A DNA stretch of 32,000 nucleotides from Leptolyngbya sp. PCC 6406 (GCF_000332095.2 NZ_KI913949.1:1379169-1411168), one strand, 5' to 3'. Counted from the stretch's first letter, positions 17,348 through 24,138 are shown. Notes: a model not told the origin generated them from the letters alone. Made by a program: numbers and translations.

Positions 17348-17809
17348 ATGCTGAGCCATCCCCTAGCCATGAGCGACCCCTTAACCGCCAGTGTGATTGC
17401 CTCTATTGCCTTTAAGGCTTTTTTAGAAGCGGGGGCAGGCGAAGCGGCTAAAGCCCTCACCGGGGCGGCCACCAAGGCGGCGGCAGAAAAGCTGAATGCC
17501 CTGCGGAAAACCATTTGGCAAAAGCTCCGGGGCAATCCCTCAGCGGAGACCTCGATCAAAGCCCTAGCGGAGCAGCGGGGCAGCGAAGCGGACTTGCAGA
17601 AGGTGGAAAGCTATTTGCAGGTGGCGATGGTGGAGGATCCCCAGTTTGCCGCTTCGGTGCAGCAATTGGCCCAGGAGATTACCCTGCTGCAAATTGATGA
17701 CGACAGCACCATGACCCAGGTCAACTACGGCGGCACCAATTACCAGACCAAAACCGGCCCCAATAACACCAATTTCTTTGGCGGCGAGCATCGTCATGGG
17801 GGAGCATGA
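17348..17809 (+). CDS. small helical protein with Ala/Gly-rich N-terminus and C-terminal G/N/Q/Y-rich motif (candidate Bell-like effector with amyloid-signalling motif)
   Basis: The N-terminus is MSDPLTASVIASIAFKAFLEAGAGEAAKALTGAATKAAAEKL. The C-terminus TQVNYGGTNYQTKTGPNNTNFFGGEHRHGG matches the N-terminus of the next protein at 20 of 30 positions. The TGA stop overlaps the next ATG (ATGA at 17806-17809). An alternative ATG lies at 17369. Confidence 0.7.
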   Translation: MLSHPLAMSDPLTASVIASIAFKAFLEAGAGEAAKALTGAATKAAAEKLNALRKTIWQKLRGNPSAETSIKALAEQRGSEADLQKVESYLQVAMVEDPQFAASVQQLAQEITLLQIDDDSTMTQVNYGGTNYQTKTGPNNTNFFGGEHRHGGA

Positions 17810-20436
17810 GCACCCAAACCAACCAGGGCGGTGAAAACTACCAAGTCACCACCGGCCCCCACAACACCAATTACTTCGGCGGTACCCATTACCACGGACA
17901 ACCCATGCCCTCCCCCCAGGGCACGCCCAACACCCTCAAGCCCAGCGGTGCCCTGGCCTTTGTGGGGCGAGAAGATGCCCTGGCCAACCTGGCGGCTCAA
18001 CTCCAGGGCAGCGGGCCGCTGCTGATTACGGCGCTGAAGGGGATGGGGGGCATTGGTAAATCGGAATTGGCCCTGCGCTATGCCCTGGCCAACCTGGCGG
18101 CGGGCACCTACCCGGATGGCATTCTCTGGATTGAGGGGCGGGGGGTGGACCTGGGTACCCAAATTGTGACCTTTGCCCAGGCCCAACTGGGGCTGACCCC
18201 ACCGGACAACCTAGACCTGGCGGGGCAGGTGGCCTATTGCTGGCGACACTGGCCCCCGCAGCAGGACGCACCAGGGCGGGTGCTGGTGGTGTTTGACGAT
18301 GTGACGGACTACGCCGCCCTGCGCCCCTACCTGCCCCCCACGGAGGATCGCTACCGGGTGGTGCTGACCTCGCGGCGGCGGTTTGGCCCCTCGGTGACGA
18401 CCCTGGAACTGGATGTACTGGATCTGGAGCCCGCCCTGGCCCTGCTGGGGTCGCTGGCGGGGCAGGAGCGCATCGAGGCGGTGCGGACTGAGGCAGAGGC
18501 ACTGGTGGAGTGGCTGGGGCGGCTACCCCTGGCGCTGGAACTGGTGGGGCGCTACCTGGCCAACCAGCCAGACCTGGACCTGCCGACGCTGCAACGCCGC
18601 CTGGAGGCGCAGACGGTGCGGGCAAGATCGCTGCTGAAGCCAGAGGAGGACGACAGCTACGGCGACATGACCGCCCAACTGGGGGTGGCGGCGGCCTTTG
18701 AGTTGAGTGTGGCGGAACTGACGGCGGCCCAGGGGGAACTGGCCTATGGCCTGAGTTTGTTTGGCAATGGGGCGATGCCGTGGGAACTGGTGTCGCCCTG
18801 CCTGCCGGAGGCGGATGAGGAGGCGATGGAAGCGGGGCGCAGTGCCCTGGTGAACCGCAGCCTGCTGAAGCGGGTGGAAGCGGGGCTGTATCAAATGCAC
18901 CCGCTGATTCGGGAGTTTGTGCGGCTGTGGGGGCCGGAGACGCTGGCGGCGGCGCAGGTGGAGGAGCTGAAGCGGCGCTACTGCGAGGGGATGGTGGCGG
19001 TGGCGCAGCAGATCCCCGATACCCCGACCCGTGGGCAGATTGCGGCGGTGGCGGCGGCGGTGCCCCATATTGCTGAGGCGGCAACAACATGGCAAGGTTG
19101 GCTGACTGACGAAGATGCCATCTGGCCGTTTGTGGGTCTAGGCCGCTTCTATCAGGGCCAAGGACTCTACAGCGCAGCGGAACCCTGGCGTACCCGCTGT
19201 TTGTCTTTCGCCAGAGAAAAATTCGGCGACGAGCATCCCGATGTGGCCTCCAGTTTCAATAATCTGGCGGGACTTTACCGTTCTCAGGGGCGCTACAGCG
19301 AGGCGGAACCCCTGTATCAACAAGCCCTGGCCTTGAGGCAAAAATTGCTCGGCGACGAGCATCCCGATGTGGCCTCCAGTTTCAATAATCTGGCGGCACT
19401 TTACGACTCTCAGGGGCGCTACAGCGAAGCGGAACCGCTCTATCAACAAGCCCTGGCCTTGATGCAAAAATTGCTCGGCGACGAGCATCCCGATGTGGCC
19501 ACCAGTTTCAATAATCTGGCGTACCTTTACCGTTCTCAGGGGCGCTACAGCGAAGCGGAACCCCTGTATCAACAAGCCCTGGCCTTGAGGCAAAAATTGC
19601 TCGGCGACGAGCATCCCGATGTGGCCTCCAGTTTCAATAATCTGGCGTACCTTTACGACTCTCAGGGGCGCTACAGCGAAGCGGAACCGCTGTATCAACA
19701 AGCCCTGGCCTTGAGGCAAAAATTGCTCGGCGACGAGCATCCCGATGTCGCCTCCAGTTTCAATAATCTGGCGGCACTTTACGACTCTCAGGGGCGCTAC
19801 AGCGAGGCGGAACCGCTCTATCAACAAGCCCTGGCCTTGAGGCAAAAATTGCTCGGCGACGAGCATCCCGATGTGGCCACCAGTTTCAATAATCTGGCGT
19901 ACCTTTACGAATCTCAGGGGCGCTACAGCGAAGCGGAACCGCTCTTGCAACAAGCCCTGGCCTTGATGCAAAAATTGCTCGGCGACGAGCATCCCGATGT
20001 CGCCTCCAGTTTCAATAATCTGGCGGCACTTTACGACTCTCAGGGGCGCTACAGCGAAGCGGAACCGCTCTTGCAACAAGCCCTGGCCTTGAGGCAAAAA
20101 TTGCTCGGCGACGAGCATCCCGATGTGGCCTCCAGTTTCAATAATCTGGCGTACCTTTACGAATCTCAGGGGCGCTACACCGAGGCGGAACCCCTATATC
20201 AACAAGCCCTGGCCTTGAGGCAAAAATTGCTCGGTGACGAGCATCCCGATGTGGCCGCCAGTTTCAATAATCTGGGCATGTTGCGGTTTAGCCAAGGGCG
20301 CTACAGCGAGGCGGCAACGTATTTGGAGCGGGCGCTGGTGTTAATTGAACGGCTGCTGGGGCCGGACCATCCCAACACTCAGACCATGCGGGCAAATCTT
20401 GATTTTGTGCGGCAAAAGGTTGCCCAGTCAGCGTAG
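17806..20436 (+). CDS. NB-ARC (STAND P-loop NTPase) protein with C-terminal TPR array and N-terminal G/N/Q/Y-rich motif (bacterial NLR-like)
   Basis: Walker A is GMGGIGKSELA (from 18040) and Walker B is VLVVFDDV. VVLTSRR and the GLPLA-type motif GRLPLALELVG are also present. About 10 TPR units of 42 aa follow (EHPDVASSFNNLAxLYxSQGRYSEAEPLYQQALALRQKLLGD). The N-terminus is TQTNQGGENYQVTTGPHNTNYFGGTHYHGQ. Confidence 0.9.
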   Translation: MSTQTNQGGENYQVTTGPHNTNYFGGTHYHGQPMPSPQGTPNTLKPSGALAFVGREDALANLAAQLQGSGPLLITALKGMGGIGKSELALRYALANLAAGTYPDGILWIEGRGVDLGTQIVTFAQAQLGLTPPDNLDLAGQVAYCWRHWPPQQDAPGRVLVVFDDVTDYAALRPYLPPTEDRYRVVLTSRRRFGPSVTTLELDVLDLEPALALLGSLAGQERIEAVRTEAEALVEWLGRLPLALELVGRYLANQPDLDLPTLQRRLEAQTVRARSLLKPEEDDSYGDMTAQLGVAAAFELSVAELTAAQGELAYGLSLFGNGAMPWELVSPCLPEADEEAMEAGRSALVNRSLLKRVEAGLYQMHPLIREFVRLWGPETLAAAQVEELKRRYCEGMVAVAQQIPDTPTRGQIAAVAAAVPHIAEAATTWQGWLTDEDAIWPFVGLGRFYQGQGLYSAAEPWRTRCLSFAREKFGDEHPDVASSFNNLAGLYRSQGRYSEAEPLYQQALALRQKLLGDEHPDVASSFNNLAALYDSQGRYSEAEPLYQQALALMQKLLGDEHPDVATSFNNLAYLYRSQGRYSEAEPLYQQALALRQKLLGDEHPDVASSFNNLAYLYDSQGRYSEAEPLYQQALALRQKLLGDEHPDVASSFNNLAALYDSQGRYSEAEPLYQQALALRQKLLGDEHPDVATSFNNLAYLYESQGRYSEAEPLLQQALALMQKLLGDEHPDVASSFNNLAALYDSQGRYSEAEPLLQQALALRQKLLGDEHPDVASSFNNLAYLYESQGRYTEAEPLYQQALALRQKLLGDEHPDVAASFNNLGMLRFSQGRYSEAATYLERALVLIERLLGPDHPNTQTMRANLDFVRQKVAQSA
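19231..20238 (+). repeat. 8 x 126-bp near-identical in-frame tandem repeats (TPR units) inside the NB-ARC/TPR gene
   Basis: Each unit begins GAGCATCCCGATGT. The start positions 19231 + n*126 were verified through 20239. A ninth, diverged unit and a partial cap follow. Confidence 0.9.
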
Positions 20437-20453
20437 GGTGGGCAATGCCCACC
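20437..20453. repeat. palindromic GGTGGGCA-N-TGCCCACC element directly after the NLR stop codon
   Basis: The palindrome starts at 20437 and TAGGGTGGGCAATGCCCACC begins with the TAG stop (20434-20436). An inverted partner GGTGGGCAGTGCCCACCCTAC lies at 20591-20611. Related copies occur at 9411-9425 and inside the CDS at 28373-28461. It is hairpin-capable and might terminate transcription, but there is no U-run. Confidence 0.6.
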
Positions 20454-20620
20454 GTTGATCAGCATCTCTTAGCAAAAGCCGTGTGTCCCACCGCTGCCCC
20501 CCCGCGCCGGAATGGTATTCCGCCGCCCATCCCAACCGTCCTCTTTAAGAGGGCTCGCGATCAGAGCACTCCCGATCCTTCGATCAGGTTGGTGGGCAGT
20601 GCCCACCCTACTTAAAGCAC

Positions 20621-20820
20621 TTGTTACACACGACTTGGAAGGTTATGTCTTGAAACAAGCTGAAAAGCTTGCTACGTCGTTGTCTCCATACAAACATCCA
20701 GTTCCCTGAGCGGAGTCGAAGGGAACGGCCAGAACCCGGTGGTGTGGCTGGCTTCGACTCCGCTCAGCCAGCGGTCAACGGGCTCGATTCTCCGTAACCT
20801 TCCAAGTCGTGTGTTACACA
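20621..20820. repeat. nested-palindrome MITE-like element (~200 bp)
   Basis: The outer 20-bp perfect inverted repeat is ACACACGACTTGGAAGGTTA (20626-20645) with its complement at 20795-20814. The inner 16-bp perfect inverted repeat is CTGAGCGGAGTCGAAG (20706-20721) with CTTCGACTCCGCTCAG (20752-20767). Confidence 0.7.
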
Positions 20821-21029
20821 GGCGTTTCAGCGATTTATCACCCTTTAAGAGGCCAGTGCCTAGTACTCTGCGGTGTAAATACCCCAGCCGTTCTATCGGG
20901 GTACACCTCGGCCCCTCACCCTAGCCCTCTCCCACGGGGAGAGGGGACCGGAAAATGTTGGGCTGGTGCGGCAGATCGTAAGGCTATTTCCGCCAAGCAG
21001 TACTAGAGCAGAGAACCTCTGCTCTGGAG

Positions 21030-21136
21030 TTACGGTTGCCAGTCTACGGGCTCCTCAAAGATGTCTGCCTCAGAGAAAGGGCAAGATTGAGGAAGTTGTT
21101 TGGGATCGAGGGGCGTTTCTTGACCTACAAGGTTTA
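21030..21136 (-). pseudogene. displaced 3' fragment of the DUF29 gene interrupted by the IS
   Basis: Removing 21137-22047 and one TTA copy joins codon 112 of the DUF29 ORF in frame to NLVGQETPLDPKQLPQSCPFSEADIFEEPVDWQP-stop (TAA at 21030-21032). A 9-bp stem hairpin follows at 21005-21025. Confidence 0.7.
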
Positions 21137-22047
21137 GAGGGTGTCTGAGAAGTAGAAAGGCCCTCAAAAACGCTACTCTATCAGTCAGTAAGTACACTTG
21201 ATAGGGTTTTTGAGGGCAATGCGATTATCCTACCCCACCGATTTGACTGATGAACAATGGGATATTCTCTCTCTCTTGATTCCTCCGGCGAAGCCTGGTG
21301 GACGACCTCGGAGCACGGATATGCGAGAAGTGGTCAATGCGATTCTGTACGTTCTGGACAATAGCACCAAGTGGCGGTGCTTACCCCATGATTTCCCGAA
21401 GGCCAAAACGGTCTACCATTATTTTCGCCAATGGCGCAATGATGGGGTGTGGGAACACATCAATCACCGATTGCGGGAGTTGGTGCGGTTAACGGAGGGG
21501 CGCGAAGCGTCTCCCAGTGCAGCGGTGATGGATAGTCAGTCGGTGAACAGCGATGTCTACATTTCGGAGTCGGTCGGCTTCGATGCAAACAAAAAGGTCA
21601 AAGGTCGGAAGCGAAACGTGGTGGTCGACACAATGGGTTTAGTGCTGATGGTTGTGGTTACCGCAGCGAGTCTCCCTGAGCGGGATGGCGCACGAAAGGT
21701 GCTAGAAAAAATGCATCAGGTTAGTCAGTGGTTCACTCGCCTGTGTGTCATTTGGGTTGATGGGGGATATAGCGGTAACGATTTCATGAAAGAGATCATG
21801 GACCGCTTTCGATGGGTGATTGAGGTGATCAAGCGCCCCGACTGTGCGCAGGGATTTGTGCTGTTACCCAAGCGGTGGGTGGTGGAGCGCACATTTGGCT
21901 GGTTTACTTTTTGCCGCCGCTTGAGTAAAGACTATGAGCGCCTACCAGAGACCGCTGAGGCATGGATTTATGTGGCCAATATTCGAGTCATGTTAAGGCG
22001 ACTAACGTGCTAATTCATACCTACATTCCAGCTTTTCAGACACCCTC
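21137..22047 (+). mobile_element. IS5-family insertion sequence (IS1031-like group), 911 bp, intact
   Basis: Terminal inverted repeats are GAGGGTGTCTGAGAAG (left) and CTTTTCAGACACCCTC (right). A 3-bp direct duplication TTA lies at 21134-21136 and 22048-22050. A single transposase ORF fills the element. Confidence 0.85.
21219..22013 (+). CDS. IS5 family transposase (DUF4096 N-terminal region plus DDE domain)
   Basis: MRLSYPTDLTDEQWDILSLLIPPAKPGGRPRSTDMREVVNAILYVL...WRCLPHDFP...TVYHYFRQWRNDGVW is the typical IS5/IS4-like N-terminus. DDE-region motifs include MDSQSV, VDTMGL and WVDGGYSG. ATG 21219 was chosen over the listed TTG 21198. Confidence 0.9.
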   Translation: MRLSYPTDLTDEQWDILSLLIPPAKPGGRPRSTDMREVVNAILYVLDNSTKWRCLPHDFPKAKTVYHYFRQWRNDGVWEHINHRLRELVRLTEGREASPSAAVMDSQSVNSDVYISESVGFDANKKVKGRKRNVVVDTMGLVLMVVVTAASLPERDGARKVLEKMHQVSQWFTRLCVIWVDGGYSGNDFMKEIMDRFRWVIEVIKRPDCAQGFVLLPKRWVVERTFGWFTFCRRLSKDYERLPETAEAWIYVANIRVMLRRLTC

Positions 22048-22384
22048 TTAGACCATATCGATAGCTTTTACCAATCGCTTCGCTCAGATAGGGTTTCAAG
22101 CTAGGGTTTTCTGCCAAGTGGTCTTGTATCCGCTCCCGCTGCTCTCTAATGGTATAGACCCAACTCTTCGATCTCGCCTCTGGCTGGTAATACCACTTGA
22201 GGAGGTGCCCCAGCAACACCCCTAATCGGTTGCGTAACTCTTGCCGTTGTTGTTTGCCCAACGATTCAATCTCCTCGACCAGATTCTCGATATCGAGTTC
22301 CCCGAATCGACCAGAGCGCAGTAGCTTTGTTTGCTGCTGAGTCCAAGCGTAAAAGTCTTGGTCGTAGAGCGTAGTGGTTTGCAT
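22010..22384 (-). CDS. DUF29 family protein, C-terminally truncated and altered by the IS insertion (likely nonfunctional)
   Basis: The N-terminus LYDQDFYAWTQQQTKLLRSGRFGELDIENLVEEIESLGKQQRQELRNRLGVLLGHLLKWYYQP is a textbook DUF29. From codon 113 (position 22048) the ORF reads into the IS inverted repeat, giving RGCLKSWNVGMN-stop. Confidence 0.8.
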   Translation of the reverse strand: MQTTTLYDQDFYAWTQQQTKLLRSGRFGELDIENLVEEIESLGKQQRQELRNRLGVLLGHLLKWYYQPEARSKSWVYTIREQRERIQDHLAENPSLKPYLSEAIGKSYRYGLRGCLKSWNVGMN

Positions 22385-22390
22385 CAGAAA

Positions 22391-22531
22391 TCAAATGGGA
22401 TTGCTATAGGTTTTGGGGTGAATGCCATACGACTTGCGAAATGTCGTTGCCAAAGAACTGCGATCGCAGTAGCCCACCCGTCTCGCCACCGCCTCAACTG
22501 GCAGGTCTGAATCGGTGAGCATTAGATGCGA
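22391..22531 (-). pseudogene. AraC-family regulator remnant (C-terminal HTH only)
   Basis: The minus-strand frame reads LMLTDSDLPVEAVARRVGYCDRSSLATTFRKSYGIHPKTYSNPI-stop, which is the second HTH of AraC/XylS proteins. In-frame TAA and TAG stops lie immediately upstream (22532-22534 and beyond). No N-terminal domain is present. Confidence 0.6.
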
Positions 22532-22563
22532 TTACCCTGCTCCCTAATTGCCAAAATCCTGCC

Positions 22564-22929
22564 CTACACTGTGACCGCTTCGGGCTCAGGCTCGTAGAGA
22601 TACTCAAACCAGTTGCCGTCGGGATCCTTGCCATAGAAGGAGGCGGTACCATCCCGATGTTCATGGATTTCCGTGATGTAGACCCCGTCAGCCTTGAGGC
22701 GATCATAGGCTGCGGTGACTTCAGCGCGATCGCGAAACACAAACCCAAAATGCGGACCCGCTTGCTTGTAGCTTGGGCTCAGGAGCGCCAGCCCGTCCTC
22801 TCCCGCCTTGACATAGGCCCAATCCGCATCATGCCAAGCCACGTCCATGCCGAGATTTTTATAGAACTCAACGGCCTTGCCAATGTCTTGTACACAGATA
22901 GCCACGTGTCCGAGGCGCTTAGGTTTCAT
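22564..22929 (-). CDS. VOC family protein (glyoxalase/bleomycin-resistance/dioxygenase fold)
   Basis: LGHVAICVQDIGKAVEFYKNLGM...GPHFGFVF...HRDGTASFYGKDPDGNWFEY shows the typical paired beta-alpha-beta-beta-beta module motifs. Confidence 0.8.
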   Translation of the reverse strand: MKPKRLGHVAICVQDIGKAVEFYKNLGMDVAWHDADWAYVKAGEDGLALLSPSYKQAGPHFGFVFRDRAEVTAAYDRLKADGVYITEIHEHRDGTASFYGKDPDGNWFEYLYEPEPEAVTV

Positions 22930-23183
22930 GGGTTAAATAAAGCTATCACAATCTTACTTTTCATTGTAATGCAGCTATCTTGGGGCAGGATGGGTAGGGC
23001 GGTAAGCCGCCAAAGGTTTAGCGTTTTCTAGCGAAATACTTATCCAGACTTATCCAGAATCTTCATCAACGATCCAGGGATGCTATTCCTAGGGCCGTAG
23101 GCTGAATCGATCCCAGAGATGATTTTTAGATGGAATACTCTTAAACAGGCTCTAGTCCCAGTCCTTCGTTCTTCACTGCCCCT

Positions 23184-23924
23184 ATGCTCTTTAGCAGCAT
23201 TAATCTACCCTACTGGATCTTCCTAGGCGCAGGAATCACCCTGTTTTTATTTGTCATTGTCTCTGGCGGCAGCGACGATGACCTTGATGCCGACGTAGAT
23301 GCCGATGTGGATGCCGATCTCGACTTCGATGTAGATGCTGATGTAGATGTGGATGTAGACGCCGACGTAGGGGGCGACAGCTTCTGGGGAATTGATGGTG
23401 ACGGAGAGGGCTTAAGCCCTCTGCAAATACTGGCCTGGTTTGGGGTAGGCAGAACACCGCTGTTGTTGCTGCTGGCGATGGACCTGACCCTGTGGGGTTT
23501 CATGGGCTGGGTGCTGAATGTGGCCCTTGGAGATGTCCTCAACCAGCCCCCAGTGGGGCTATTGGCCCTAGGGGTGTTTGGGGGATCTCTGATCTTTGCG
23601 CTGATGGTGGGCAGCCTATTGTCGCAACCCATCGGTCGCATCTTCGCCGCCTTTGGTGAAGACGCCAGCAGCGATCGCCTCGTGGGCTGCCTAGGCACCG
23701 TCACCTCCGCCTTTATTCCCTTAGAGGAGTCTGGCAAAATTGGCCAGGTAGATGTGAAGGACGCAGCGTGCAATCTAGTCACCATCAGCGCCAAACTTCC
23801 CACCTGGGCCACCATTACCCTGCGGCGTGGAGCCAGAGTCATCGTGATCGAGCGCCAGGGTGGCTATTACTTGGTCATCGGTCAAGACACTGTGGATCAG
23901 GCGCGATGGTTGGAGGAGGGGTGA
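23184..23924 (+). CDS. YqiJ/NfeD-like membrane protein with C-terminal OB-fold and an acidic D-x-D-V repeat
   Basis: An N-terminal TM segment is followed by DDDLDADVDADVDADLDFDVDADVDVDVDADVGGD (23274-23378) and further TM segments. The C-terminal region GTVTSAFIPLEESGKIGQVDV...RGARVIVIERQGGYYLV is NfeD-type. It lies directly upstream of a flotillin gene, as in E. coli yqiJK. Confidence 0.65.
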   Translation: MLFSSINLPYWIFLGAGITLFLFVIVSGGSDDDLDADVDADVDADLDFDVDADVDVDVDADVGGDSFWGIDGDGEGLSPLQILAWFGVGRTPLLLLLAMDLTLWGFMGWVLNVALGDVLNQPPVGLLALGVFGGSLIFALMVGSLLSQPIGRIFAAFGEDASSDRLVGCLGTVTSAFIPLEESGKIGQVDVKDAACNLVTISAKLPTWATITLRRGARVIVIERQGGYYLVIGQDTVDQARWLEEG

Positions 23925-24025
23925 TGGGTGTGTGGGGGTGATGGGGTGATGGGGTGATGGGGTGTGGGGGTGATGGGGTGATAGGAATTTTGAGTTTTGA
24001 ACTTTGAATTTTGAGTTGAATTTCC
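23917..24025 (+). repeat. short tandem repeats: G-rich 8-mers (GGGGTGAT) then T-rich heptamers (TTTTGAR)
   Basis: Positions 23918-23983 carry about eight GGGG runs. The first unit supplies the TGA stop (23922-23924) of the upstream gene. Positions 23986-24024 hold about five TTTTGAG/TTTTGAA-type heptamers. Confidence 0.85.
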
Positions 24026-24138
24026 CGTAGGGGCGCGGTTTCCGCGCCCGATGTAGGATGCCGCTGTAGGGGCGCGGGGATTAGCGCCCTCTGTAGGGAC
24101 TGTGGCGAAATCGTTATTTTTCTCCTGTGGAGGTGTTT

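Noticed and set aside
18026-19095. Long minus-strand ORFs (354 aa and 190 aa), Pro/Ala/Arg-rich, antisense to the NB-ARC region
   Set aside because: They are low-complexity shadow ORFs, typical of the antisense strand of GC-rich coding DNA. The plus-strand frame carries clear NB-ARC motifs.
19138-20118. 326-aa minus-strand ORF with its own perfect periodic repeats
   Set aside because: It is simply the antisense reading of the 126-bp TPR repeat array. The periodicity is inherited from the plus-strand gene.
19231-20238. Regularly spaced repeats that could be mistaken for a CRISPR array
   Set aside because: The units are contiguous 126-bp in-frame TPR codons with no unique spacers. They lie inside a continuous 876-aa ORF.
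22494-22748. 84-aa minus-strand ORF bridging the AraC remnant and the VOC gene
   Set aside because: It is in a different frame from the clear VOC ORF (22564..22929) and overlaps it. It has no recognisable features.
23210-23842. 210-aa minus-strand ORF antisense to the YqiJ/NfeD-like gene
   Set aside because: It is a Ser/Thr/Ala/Arg low-complexity mirror of the acidic GAT/GAC repeat. The plus-strand frame has TM segments and an NfeD-like OB-fold.
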